A stretch of 64,000 bases of DNA, from contig JBKAGP010000001.1 in assembly GCA_046290465.1 (NCBI GenBank), positions 2,144,001-2,208,000 of the forward strand, in the 5' to 3' direction. Shown here piece after piece: positions 39,538 to 50,008 of this stretch. How positions within the stretch are numbered: position 1 is the stretch's first letter; every line of letters starts with the position of its first letter. Both the position numbers and the translations under genes were made by a program. The notes beneath the pieces are model-generated. The model worked only from the letters and a program-made list of their open reading frames with translations, was not told the origin of the DNA and did not search any database. The stretch is from Planctomycetota bacterium. GTDB lineage: Bacteria; Planctomycetota; UBA1135; UBA2386.

Positions 39538-42162
39538 ATGCCCGACCAGAACCCGCTGCTGACGATCGCGCTGCTGCTTGGCGCCGGCGCCGCCATGCAG
39601 TGGCTGGCGTGGCGCCTGCGGGTGCCGGCGATCCTGTTCCTGCTGCTCGCCGGCTTCGCCGCCGGACCGATGCTGGGCTGGTTCCGGCCCGAGGACACCT
39701 TCGGCGAACTGTTCCGCCCGCTGGTCTCGCTGGCGGTCGGCATCATCCTGTTCGAGGGCGGACTGACGCTGCGCTTCCACGAACTGGGCGGGGCCGGCAG
39801 CGTCGTCACCCGGCTCTGCTCGATCGGCGCCGCGGTCAGCTGGATCCTGACGACGCTGGCGGCGCAGTGGATCGTCGGGGTCAGCTTCGAGGTTGCGCTG
39901 CTGGTCGGCGCGATCCTGGTGCTGACCGGCCCGACCGTGGTGATCCCGCTGGTCCGGCACGTCCGGCCGCGCAAGCCGCTCGGCCCGATCCTGCGCTGGG
40001 AGGGCATCCTGATCGACCCGATCGGCGCGGTGCTGGCGCTGCTGGTGCTGGAGGCGCTGACCGGCCACGACAGCGCCGGCGACATCACGCTCGGCATCGC
40101 CAAGACGCTGATCTACGGCGGCGGCCTCGGCGCGCTCGCCGGCTGGCTGCTGGCGCTGGCGCTCGAACGATTCGCGATCCCCGACCGCCTGCACGTGCCG
40201 GTGACGTTCGGCACGGTCGGCATGTCGTTCGCGCTCGCCAACACGATGCAGCCCGAGGCCGGCCTGCTGGCGGTCACCGTGATGGGCATCGTGCTCGGCA
40301 ACCGCAAGAAGCTCGACGTCGACCACGTGCTCGAATGGCACGAACCGCTGGTCACGATGCTGCTGGCGCTGTTGTTCGTGACCATCGCCGCGCGCCTCGA
40401 GCTCGAGACGCTGACCAGCCTCGGCCTGCTCGCCGTGCTGTTCACCGTCGTGCTGATCGTCGTCGTGCGGCCGGTCGCGGTCGCGCTGAGCACGGTCGGC
40501 ACGTCGTTGAAGTGGGGCGACCGCGCGTTCCTGATGGCGATGGCGCCGCGCGGCATCGTGGTCGCGGCGGTCAGCTCCGAGTTCTCGCTGCACCTCGACC
40601 ACTACGGCGTGGCCGGCGGCCAGGAGGTGATCGCGCTGGTGTTCCCGGCGATCGTGCTGACCGTGGTCGTCTACGGCTTCGGCGCGCGGCCGTTCGCGCG
40701 CGCGATCGGAGCGGCGCAGGCCGACCCGCAGGGCGTGCTGCTGGTCGGCGCCGGCCTGCTCGGCCGCGAGCTCGGCCATGCGCTGCAGAAGCAGGGCTAC
40801 GACGTGCTGCTGGTCGACACCAACGCCTCGCACACGACGACCGCACGCACCTCGGGCCTGCCGACGTTCCACGGCAGCGCGCTGTCGCAGCGCTTCACCG
40901 AGGAGGCGAGCCTCGACGGCATCGGCAACCTGATGACGCTGACCTCGAGCGACGAGATCAACCGGCTGGCGATCGAGCAGTTCCTGCCGACGTTCGGCCG
41001 CCCGCACCTGTTCCGGGTCGCGTCGTCGAGCACCCACCGCAAGGAGGAGGGCCACGACGGCCGCACGCTGTTCGCGCACGACCTCGACGTGCACACGCTG
41101 CGCTCGATGCTGCAGCGCGGCGACCGGATCCGCGCGACCAAGCTGACCGAACAGTTCGGGCCCGACGCCTACCGCGAACGCCACGGGGAACACGCGCGGC
41201 CGTTGTTCGTGATCTCCGCCGACCGCGAACTGCAGATCGTCACCGCCGACGCGCCGCCGACGCTGAAGGTCGGCCAGACCGTGCTCGCGATCGTGCCGAG
41301 CGAAGAGCCGACCGACGCGCCGGCCGAGGCACCTTCGAAGGAGGCGCCGTCGAAGCCGCAGGCCGGCAAGCAGGATGGCGACAAGCAGGGAGCATCGAAG
41401 CCGGTGCCGTCCACGCAGGAACCTACCACGCAGGAACCTCCGCCGCAGCAACCTTCGAAGCAGGCACCGCCCACGAAGGCCCCGCCCTCGCAGGCGGACG
41501 CATGGCGGCAGCTCCCACTCAGGTGCGTCGCATCGCCTCGACCGCCTTGGCGAGCCGCGCCAGGGCTCGCTGCGTGCGCATGCGCACGGCGTCGGCCTGC
41601 AGGCCGAGGCGCTCGGCGATCGCCGGGTAGTCGAGGCCCTGCCAGACGCGCAGTTCGAGCACCTCGCGATCGGAGGCCGGCAGCCGCTCCATCGCCGCGC
41701 GGATCCACTCGACGCGTTCGCGCTTGTCCGCCGACTCGCTCGGCCGGGTCACCGAGTGCTGCGGACGGCCGCCGACCCACGAGCTGTCGGCGTGCAGCGA
41801 CTGCTCGCGGTTGCGGTTGCGACGCTCCCGCATGGTCCAGCGCACCCGGTCGAGCAGGTCCTTCTCGAGCACGTGCACCAGCAGCGCGCGCAGGTGCTCG
41901 AGGTCCTTGGCCTGCCGGACCGCCGGCGCCTTCAGCAGCCGCACGACCACGTCCTGCAGGAAGTCCTCGCTGTCGAACTCGCGGCGCAGCTCCGGCCGCA
42001 GCCGCCGGCGCACCCGCTCGCGCAGCCACGGCAGGTTGCGCGTCACCAGCGCGTGCAGCGCCGCGTCGTCGCCGCCGCGCGCGCGCTGCAGGAGCTCGGT
42101 GTCATTGCGGTCGTCGGGCACGTCGCGCACCCCTCCAGGATCTGCCGACATCCTCGCGCTGA
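39538..42162 (+). CDS. CPA1/NhaP-type cation:proton antiporter with TrkA-N-like domain; reading frame runs on through the convergent sigma gene
   Basis: ILFEGG, TGPTVV.P, LRWEGILIDPIG, APRGIV.AAVS, LLVGAG. The recognisable protein ends near 41300, followed by a pentapeptide-periodic tail to about 41500; no stop until 42162, so the 3' end is doubtful. Confidence 0.8.
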   Translation: MPDQNPLLTIALLLGAGAAMQWLAWRLRVPAILFLLLAGFAAGPMLGWFRPEDTFGELFRPLVSLAVGIILFEGGLTLRFHELGGAGSVVTRLCSIGAAVSWILTTLAAQWIVGVSFEVALLVGAILVLTGPTVVIPLVRHVRPRKPLGPILRWEGILIDPIGAVLALLVLEALTGHDSAGDITLGIAKTLIYGGGLGALAGWLLALALERFAIPDRLHVPVTFGTVGMSFALANTMQPEAGLLAVTVMGIVLGNRKKLDVDHVLEWHEPLVTMLLALLFVTIAARLELETLTSLGLLAVLFTVVLIVVVRPVAVALSTVGTSLKWGDRAFLMAMAPRGIVVAAVSSEFSLHLDHYGVAGGQEVIALVFPAIVLTVVVYGFGARPFARAIGAAQADPQGVLLVGAGLLGRELGHALQKQGYDVLLVDTNASHTTTARTSGLPTFHGSALSQRFTEEASLDGIGNLMTLTSSDEINRLAIEQFLPTFGRPHLFRVASSSTHRKEEGHDGRTLFAHDLDVHTLRSMLQRGDRIRATKLTEQFGPDAYRERHGEHARPLFVISADRELQIVTADAPPTLKVGQTVLAIVPSEEPTDAPAEAPSKEAPSKPQAGKQDGDKQGASKPVPSTQEPTTQEPPPQQPSKQAPPTKAPPSQADAWRQLPLRCVASPRPPWRAAPGLAACACARRRPAGRGARRSPGSRGPARRAVRAPRDRRPAAAPSPRGSTRRVRACPPTRSAGSPSAADGRRPTSCRRAATARGCGCDAPAWSSAPGRAGPSRARAPAARAGARGPWPAGPPAPSAAARPRPAGSPRCRTRGAAPAAAAGAPARAATAGCASPARAAPRRRRRARAAGARCHCGRRARRAPLQDLPTSSR
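41519..42151 (-). CDS. ECF sigma-70 family RNA polymerase sigma factor
   Basis: LLQRARGGD..AL, DSEDFLQDV, AMERLPASDREVLELR..GLDY..IAERLG..AVRMR..RAL. Alternative start at GTG 42121. Confidence 0.88.
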   Translation of the reverse strand: MSADPGGVRDVPDDRNDTELLQRARGGDDAALHALVTRNLPWLRERVRRRLRPELRREFDSEDFLQDVVVRLLKAPAVRQAKDLEHLRALLVHVLEKDLLDRVRWTMRERRNRNREQSLHADSSWVGGRPQHSVTRPSESADKRERVEWIRAAMERLPASDREVLELRVWQGLDYPAIAERLGLQADAVRMRTQRALARLAKAVEAMRRT

Positions 42163-42258
42163 CAAGCCGCGCCGGTGCACGACGGGATTTTTCTGTTCGC
42201 CTCGGCGCGCCGACGGCGAGTCCTCGGGTGGCGCCACCTCCGGCGCGTGAGGATTCCA

Positions 42259-44553
42259 ATGCAAGACCAACCGACCGCATGTGCAAACCCGGCAACCCAG
42301 GCACCGCTTGGGCTGCTGATGTCCCTGTCCCTCAGCGGCCTGCTCGCCGCGCAGGCCCCCGCTACCACCGACGCTCCGATCCCGCTCGAGGGCGCCTTCC
42401 GCGCGCCGCTGCACCGCGAGGACGGCGGCGGCATCGCGCTGTGGGGTTCGCATGATGCCTACAAGGTCCGCGTCGACGCGGACGGCGCGACGTTCACTCC
42501 CGCGCTCGGCATGCAGCGCCCCCAAAACCTCCCGGTGCACTGGCGCACGACCGCGCTCGGCGGCCAGCCGACCGGCGCAGCGACCGCGGTCGGGCACACC
42601 GACTGGCGCGCCGAACTGCAGCACGACGGCGTCGTCGAGGCCTACGACCTGCGCGCCGACGGCCTCGAACAGACGTTCGTGTTCGCCGCGCAGCCGCAGC
42701 TGCCGGGCGGCGACGACTATCGCATCGAAGGCGTGATCAGTTCGCCGCTGCACGCGGCCGCGCGCCGCCCGGCGCACGCGCCGATCACCTTCACCGACGC
42801 GGCCGGCGACGCGGTCGTCCGCTACGGCGCCGCGATCGCGATCGACGCCCATGACCGCCACCTGCCCCTGGCGACGTCGTTCGACGGCGAACGGCTGAGC
42901 ATCCACGTGCCGACCGACTGGCTGCGGCAGGCCGCCTACCCGGTCGTGGTCGACCCGCTGCTGTCGCGCGTCACCGTCGTCGCCGGCTCGTCGGGTTCGG
43001 TGCTGACGGTGCAGACCGCCGTCGACGACGACAACGACCGCATGGTGGTCGCGTACTCGCGCGCCATCTCGGCCAGCGACCTCGACGCGTTCGCCCGCCG
43101 CACGTCGCTGAACTTCGGCCTGACCTCGCTGATCTACGTCGAGAACGGCACCACCTCGACCAAGGACGTCTCGGTCGCCTGGTCGGACTCCGACGACCAA
43201 TGGCTGCTCGCGTTCGGCATGCAGAACGCCAACTCGAGCTGGGTGCGCATCCACCTGCACCCGACCGCCAGCTCCAGCACGCAGGGCGGCTCCAACCTGA
43301 CCGTGCCGCAGCCGGGCGGCTACGAGTACCAGCGCCCGGTCGTCTCCGGCCACACCACCCGGCCGCTCGGCTATGTCGTGTTCGAACGCGATGCCGGCGT
43401 CGGCCAGCCGGACACCAACTCGACCGAGGTCTACGGCGCGCGCATCGACACCAGCAACGCGCAGATCGGCGTACCGGTGCGGATCTCCGACGTCGGCACG
43501 CTCGATGCGCAGCGGCCGTCGATCTGCCAGCGCGCCGTGTCCAACGACCTGTGGTTCGTGGCCTGGCAGGAACGCAACCCGCAGCTGCCCAACGACGACT
43601 GGGACATCCGGGTCTGCCGCATCGACGACCAGAACAACGTCGAGCCGCCGCAGTCGCTGCCGATCGACAACAGCAACGGCCTGCACTCGTTCCAGCCCAA
43701 GGTCGACAGCGACATCTCGGACTACGGTGTCGCGTTCCTGACGCGCCCCGTCGACAACAACCCGGTGACGATGGTCGGCACCCGCCTGCGCCTGCAGCGG
43801 TTCTACATCCCGGCTTCGGGCGTGCCGTCGTCGGTGTCGGCGACCGACATCGAGGTCGCAGCCGAGGCCACCGCGCGCGTCGAACTGCACGACGCCTCGC
43901 GCAGCTTCGCGATGAACGAGGAGGCCGAGGACCACGGCGTCGTCGTCTGGCGCCGCCTCGGCAGCTGGTCCAACGGCGTGCCGACCAGGCTGATGGCCGC
44001 GCGCTTCGGCTACGAGAGCAACCCGCTCGAGGTCGTCGAGCTCGAGTCGTCGACCAGCCTGGTGTCACCCTACGGTTCGGTCTCGGCGACCTACGACCGT
44101 AACGACGACGGCTTCCCGCTCAGCTACGGCGGCACAGGCCTGTCGAGCAACGCGGTCTGGGGCCGCCGCTTCGACATGCCGGACGCCCAGTCGATCGCCT
44201 ACGGCGGCTCGTGCGCCGGCACGCTGGTGACGTCGGTGCGGCCGTGGGCCGGCACGCAGTCGTACCGGTTCCGCCTGCAGGCCTCCAACCCCAACGCCGC
44301 CAGCTGGCTGTGGGCGTCGCTGGCCCCGGCCAACCTGCCGCTGCCCGGACTGACGCAGTGCCCGGTGTTGCTCGACCCGACCGCCGCGCCGGTCATCGTC
44401 GACCAGGACTTCTCGACCAACCTCGGCACGGCGTTCTTCTACTTCGACCTGCCGGCGGTCGCCGCCGGCATGGACATCTACTGGCAGGCGATGCAGCTGA
44501 ACCTCGGCAACCTGTTCGCGATGTCGAACGGGCTGAAGACCGAGATCCGCTGA
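42259..44553 (+). CDS. Secreted hypothetical protein with C-terminal ~120-aa beta-rich domain
   Basis: Signal-like N-terminus ending LLAA|Q; beta-rich body; C-terminal YGGSC...DIYWQAM...SNGLKTEIR. Confidence 0.75.
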   Translation: MQDQPTACANPATQAPLGLLMSLSLSGLLAAQAPATTDAPIPLEGAFRAPLHREDGGGIALWGSHDAYKVRVDADGATFTPALGMQRPQNLPVHWRTTALGGQPTGAATAVGHTDWRAELQHDGVVEAYDLRADGLEQTFVFAAQPQLPGGDDYRIEGVISSPLHAAARRPAHAPITFTDAAGDAVVRYGAAIAIDAHDRHLPLATSFDGERLSIHVPTDWLRQAAYPVVVDPLLSRVTVVAGSSGSVLTVQTAVDDDNDRMVVAYSRAISASDLDAFARRTSLNFGLTSLIYVENGTTSTKDVSVAWSDSDDQWLLAFGMQNANSSWVRIHLHPTASSSTQGGSNLTVPQPGGYEYQRPVVSGHTTRPLGYVVFERDAGVGQPDTNSTEVYGARIDTSNAQIGVPVRISDVGTLDAQRPSICQRAVSNDLWFVAWQERNPQLPNDDWDIRVCRIDDQNNVEPPQSLPIDNSNGLHSFQPKVDSDISDYGVAFLTRPVDNNPVTMVGTRLRLQRFYIPASGVPSSVSATDIEVAAEATARVELHDASRSFAMNEEAEDHGVVVWRRLGSWSNGVPTRLMAARFGYESNPLEVVELESSTSLVSPYGSVSATYDRNDDGFPLSYGGTGLSSNAVWGRRFDMPDAQSIAYGGSCAGTLVTSVRPWAGTQSYRFRLQASNPNAASWLWASLAPANLPLPGLTQCPVLLDPTAAPVIVDQDFSTNLGTAFFYFDLPAVAAGMDIYWQAMQLNLGNLFAMSNGLKTEIR

Positions 44554-47466
44554 TCAGCGCAGCAGCGCGCGGAAGCGCGGGTGCTCGTGCACCAACGCGA
44601 ACCGCGCGTCCGTGGCCAGCTGCTCGACCAGCTGTGGATCGACCGCGGCGGCGGCCTCGAGGGCGCCCAGGGCGACCTCGAGCGCGCGCTCGCGCCGCGC
44701 CGGATCGACCAGGCCGCGCAGCAGGCCACAGATTGCGCCCGCGACCTGACGCAGCCGTGCCGGCTCGCCGCTGGCGAGCGGAGCCGCCTCCTCGAATGCG
44801 GCGATCGCACCGTCGCGGTCGCCGAGCAGGAAGCGGTTCGGCCCGAGCATCGTCAGGTGGTTGAACAGGTAGACGCGGTAGAGCCGCACGCCCGGATTGG
44901 CGGCGAACGCGACGCGCTGCAGTTCGACCGCCTGCTCGAGCAGCGCGACGGCGCGTTCGCGATCTTTCGGCGCACGCCGGACGTAGCGCATCGCCTGGTT
45001 GTTGAGCGTGCCGCCGAGCGTGCCACGGATCGCGGTGCTGTCCGGCTCGTGCGCGATCAGCTCGCGCTGCAGCGCGACCGAACGTTCGAACCAGTCGTCG
45101 ATCACCTCGACGTCCTCGCGATCGGTGAACGTCGCCGCGGTGGCGGCCGACGACAGCACGTTGGCGATGACGCGGCGATGCAGCGGCCCGATCTCACCGT
45201 TCTGCAGCAGCCACTCGGCGTCGTCGACGCCGAGCCGGGCGACGTCGAGCGACTCGTCGAACCGGCCCCGCGCGGCCAGGCTGCGCGCCAGCATGTCGTA
45301 GGTCTGGGCGCGGTCGTAGCGGGTGCCGACCGCATCGGGCTGCCAGCGCAGCGTCTCGGTCAGGCGGTCGATCGCACGCCGGTAGAGCCGTTCGGCCTGG
45401 GCGCGGTCGCCGGAGCGCTCCGCGAGCTGCGCCTGCACCCGCTCGATCGTGCCCTCGAGGCCGCGCGTGCGCGGCAGGTCCGGGTTGTCGCGGCGCAGCT
45501 CCCGGGCCCGCTGCAGCGACGCACGCGCCTCGTCGAGCTGGCCGCGCCGCAGCAGCAGCGACGCGCGGTAGGTCTCCGCCGCACATTCGTCGAGCGCCAT
45601 CATCACCGTCTCGACGCCGGCGGCGCGCAGCGACGTGATCGAGGCCAGCGCCGCCTCGAGCTGCGCCAGCGCCTCGTCGGGGTCGGTCAGCCGCAGGCGG
45701 TTGGCGCGCCCGACGCGCAGCCGCACCAGGCGCACGCCGGCGCGCTGCCGGCCGGCCGGCTCGCGCACCAGGGCCCACAGGCGCTCGGCCCGCTCGAAGT
45801 CCTGCTTCGCCTCGTCGTCGCGGCCGAGCAGCTCCAGCGCCTGGCCGCGGCTGGCTACGAACTCGGCCAGCTCCAGCGAATCGTCGGGATCGGCGCCGCG
45901 GCGTTCGAGCTGCTCGATCGCGGCCGTGAAGCCCTGCGCTGCCTCCTGGTAGCGCGCCAGCTCGTAGTCGACGACCGCGATGCGACCGGTGGCGAGCGCG
46001 ACCTCCTCGCGCAGGCCGTCGGCGACGTCGCCCTCGACCAGCGCCAGGAACTCGAGGTAGAAGCGCCGCGCGTCCTCGAGCAGGCCGCGGCGGAAGCGCT
46101 GCAGCCGCACGTCGCCGACCATCGGGCTGTCGGCGATGCGCACGAACAGCTGGTCGACCGCGCGGTTGGCCGCGGCGAAGTTGCGGCGCGCGGCGTCGCG
46201 TTCGCGTTCGAGCCGGGCCCCCTCCCGCTCGAGCACGACCGCCGCGGTGATCGGCGTCACCACGAACAACAAGAACGCCAGCAGCAGCGCGAACGCCGCC
46301 CACGGCCGCCGCCGTGCCCAGCGCAGCGCGCGGCTGCAGACCCCGCGCGGCCGGCTGCGGATCGGCTCGCCGTCGAGGAACCGCCGCAGGTCCTCGCGCA
46401 GGTCGGCCGCGGTCTGGTAGCGGCGCGCCGGTTCCTTCTCGAGCGCGCGCGCGATGATCGTCTGAAGGTCGCGCGGCACCGCGGCGTCGATCGCCGTCAG
46501 CGCGCGCGGTTCGACGGTCAGCACCGCATGCAGGATCGACTCGGTCGAGCCACCGTCGAACGGCCGCCGCATCGCGACCATCTCGTAGAGCACGCAGCCG
46601 ACCGCGAACAGATCGGCGCGGCCGTCGACGTCCTGGTCGGGCCGCCGGTCCGCCATCTCCGGCGCGCAGTAGTGCGGCGTGCCCATGAAGTCGCCGGTGC
46701 CGGTCAGGCTGTGTTCGCCGAGGTCCTTGGCCAGCCCGAAGTCGACCAGCCGCACCTTGCCGGCGTCGTCGAGCAGCACGTTCTGCGGCTTGACGTCGCG
46801 GTGCACGAGTCCGTGCGCGTGCGCGTGCTCGAGCGCGTCGGCCAGCTGCCGACCGACCTCGGCGGCGTCCTCGTAGCGCGACTCGCAGCCCTCGATCCAC
46901 AGCCGCGCCTCGGACGGGTGCACGCGCGCCATCTCGGCGGCCTTGCGCAGGCGTTCGCCGAGGGTCTCGCCCTCGACCAGTTCCATCGCGAACCACCAGG
47001 TGCCGGAGACCTCCCCGACCTCGAGCACCCGCGCCAGACCCGGGTGCTCGAGTCGCGCCGCCGACTTGGCCTCGCGCAGGAACCGCCGGATCCGCCGCGG
47101 CGACAGCGACAGCAGCTCCGGCAGCACCTTCAGCGCCGCGCGCCGCGCCAGCTGCTCGTGCTCGGCCTCGTAGACGATACCCATGCCGCCCCTGCCGATC
47201 TCGCGCAGGATCCGGTAGGGACCGATCCGCGCCGGCGCCGCAGTCGCCGGGATCGCCGCCTCGTCGGCGTCCGCTTCGAGCATCGGCTCGAGGAACTCGC
47301 GCAGGTGCGGATGCTGCTCGAGGTAGGCGCTGGCCGCGACGGTATCCTCCGACGGCGTCCGGGCCAGGTAGGCATCGATCGCGTCCGCCAGGCGGTCGAT
47401 CTGGTCCGACGGATCGGCCTTGTCGGATGGATCGGCTGGATCGGATGGGTCGAATGGCTCGGACAT
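44554..47466 (-). CDS. Hanks-type Ser/Thr protein kinase with TM helix and TPR repeats
   Basis: IGRGGMGIVY, AALKVL, HRDVKPQN, DFGLAK, GTPHYCAPE, D.FAVG; TM AAFALLLAFLLFVVTPI; TPR C-terminus. Confidence 0.92.
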   Translation of the reverse strand: MSEPFDPSDPADPSDKADPSDQIDRLADAIDAYLARTPSEDTVAASAYLEQHPHLREFLEPMLEADADEAAIPATAAPARIGPYRILREIGRGGMGIVYEAEHEQLARRAALKVLPELLSLSPRRIRRFLREAKSAARLEHPGLARVLEVGEVSGTWWFAMELVEGETLGERLRKAAEMARVHPSEARLWIEGCESRYEDAAEVGRQLADALEHAHAHGLVHRDVKPQNVLLDDAGKVRLVDFGLAKDLGEHSLTGTGDFMGTPHYCAPEMADRRPDQDVDGRADLFAVGCVLYEMVAMRRPFDGGSTESILHAVLTVEPRALTAIDAAVPRDLQTIIARALEKEPARRYQTAADLREDLRRFLDGEPIRSRPRGVCSRALRWARRRPWAAFALLLAFLLFVVTPITAAVVLEREGARLERERDAARRNFAAANRAVDQLFVRIADSPMVGDVRLQRFRRGLLEDARRFYLEFLALVEGDVADGLREEVALATGRIAVVDYELARYQEAAQGFTAAIEQLERRGADPDDSLELAEFVASRGQALELLGRDDEAKQDFERAERLWALVREPAGRQRAGVRLVRLRVGRANRLRLTDPDEALAQLEAALASITSLRAAGVETVMMALDECAAETYRASLLLRRGQLDEARASLQRARELRRDNPDLPRTRGLEGTIERVQAQLAERSGDRAQAERLYRRAIDRLTETLRWQPDAVGTRYDRAQTYDMLARSLAARGRFDESLDVARLGVDDAEWLLQNGEIGPLHRRVIANVLSSAATAATFTDREDVEVIDDWFERSVALQRELIAHEPDSTAIRGTLGGTLNNQAMRYVRRAPKDRERAVALLEQAVELQRVAFAANPGVRLYRVYLFNHLTMLGPNRFLLGDRDGAIAAFEEAAPLASGEPARLRQVAGAICGLLRGLVDPARRERALEVALGALEAAAAVDPQLVEQLATDARFALVHEHPRFRALLR

Positions 47467-47580
47467 GGCCCGGCATCCTCGTCGTGCGCCGCCAGACCGA
47501 ACACGGAATTCGGGAGCGGGCTGCACATGCCCCGGAATCCTTGTGTTCGGACGGCCGCGGAACCTCGACTTCCCGCCCCG

Positions 47581-48711
<1,131 letters not shown>

Positions 48712-48775
48712 CCCGGCGCGCATCGTTCCCTCCCCCATCCCCTCTCCCTCTCCCGCACCGTCCGAGCAGATTTCC

Positions 48776-49153
48776 ATGCGTCCCGACGACCTCAAGTTCC
48801 AGCAGTCCCACGAGTGGGTGAAGATCGAAGGCGACACGGCCACCATCGGCATCACCGACCACGCCGTCTCGCACCTCAGCGATCTTGTCTTCCTCGACCT
48901 GCCCGCCAAGGGCGCGTCGGTCACGATCGGTGAGAGCTTCGGCGAGATCGAGTCGGTCAAGGCCGTCAGCCCGCTGGTCGCTCCGGTCACCGGCGAGGTC
49001 ATCGACAGCAACGAAGAGCTCTCCGACAACCTCGAGTGGCTCTCGGAGGAGCCGTTCGGCAAGGCGTGGATGATCAAGGTCAAGCTGACCGACACGTCGG
49101 GCGACCTGATGGACGGCGCGGCCTACGACGCGCACTGCAAGGCCGAGGGCTAG
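48776..49153 (+). CDS. gcvH: Glycine cleavage system H protein
   Basis: SHEWV, IGITDHA, IESVKAVS (lipoyl Lys), PFGKAWMIK. Confidence 0.95.
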   Translation: MRPDDLKFQQSHEWVKIEGDTATIGITDHAVSHLSDLVFLDLPAKGASVTIGESFGEIESVKAVSPLVAPVTGEVIDSNEELSDNLEWLSEEPFGKAWMIKVKLTDTSGDLMDGAAYDAHCKAEG

Positions 49154-49198
49154 TCGCACCTGCAGCCCCCTTGCAGCAGAGCCACCCCGCCACTGCGC

Positions 49199-49918
49199 GT
49201 GCTCGTCGACGGCCCGGGCGACCCCGCCTGGAACATGGCTGTCGACGGCGCGCTGCTCGCGCTCGCCGAGGCGCCGACCCTGCGCTTCTACGGCTGGCGT
49301 CCCCACGCGGTCTCGCTCGGCTACTTCCAGCGGCTCGCCGACTTCGCCGATCTGCCGGCGGCGACCCCGATGGTGCGCCGCACGACCGGTGGCGGCGCGA
49401 TCCACCACGGCGACGAACTGACGTTCTCTCTGGCGCTCGACGCGGCGCTGCTGCCGGGCGCGATCGCCGCCAGCTACGTGCTGCTGCACGACGCGCTGGT
49501 GCGCGCGCTCGATCGGCTTGGCGTTCGCTGTCGCCGCTCGACCGAGGGCGCGATGTCGGCGCGACCCGAGGACCGTTGGTGCTTTGGGCACCCGGTGCAG
49601 GGCGACCTGCTGGTCGATGGCCGCAAGCTGTGCGGCTCGGCACAGCGCCGCGTGCCCGGTCGACGGCCGCGCGTGCTGCACCACGGCTCGCTGGTGATCC
49701 GCCGACCGGAACACACCCCGTTCGTCGCCGCGATCGAGGATCAGATCGAACCTACCGATGATGTTCGTAGGGGCTTGCACGAACTGGTCCGCGACGAAGT
49801 CGCAAATCTGTTCGACCTCGAATCGACGGCCTCGCAACTGACCGCGCAAGAACGCGCGATGGCAGCGCGGCTGCGTGACGAACGGTTCGGCAACGCCGCG
49901 CACCTGCAAAAACGGTAG
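49199..49918 (+). CDS. Lipoate/octanoyl-protein ligase family (LplA/LipM-like)
   Basis: NMAVDGALL, PTLRFYGW, SLGYFQ, VRRTTGGGAIHH, GRKLCGSAQRR, HHGSL. Confidence 0.88.
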   Translation: MLVDGPGDPAWNMAVDGALLALAEAPTLRFYGWRPHAVSLGYFQRLADFADLPAATPMVRRTTGGGAIHHGDELTFSLALDAALLPGAIAASYVLLHDALVRALDRLGVRCRRSTEGAMSARPEDRWCFGHPVQGDLLVDGRKLCGSAQRRVPGRRPRVLHHGSLVIRRPEHTPFVAAIEDQIEPTDDVRRGLHELVRDEVANLFDLESTASQLTAQERAMAARLRDERFGNAAHLQKR

Positions 49919-50008
49919 CCGTTCGGCCGTCAATTTGACCCCGGACGCGCGACGAAGAACCCGGTGCCGCACGAGGAGAGGAGGCCTCGTCGCGCGCCCA
50001 GGTTCATC

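Noticed and set aside
47400..47460. DPSD/DPAD repeat at the kinase N-terminus
   Set aside because: Ordinary short low-complexity coding repeat.
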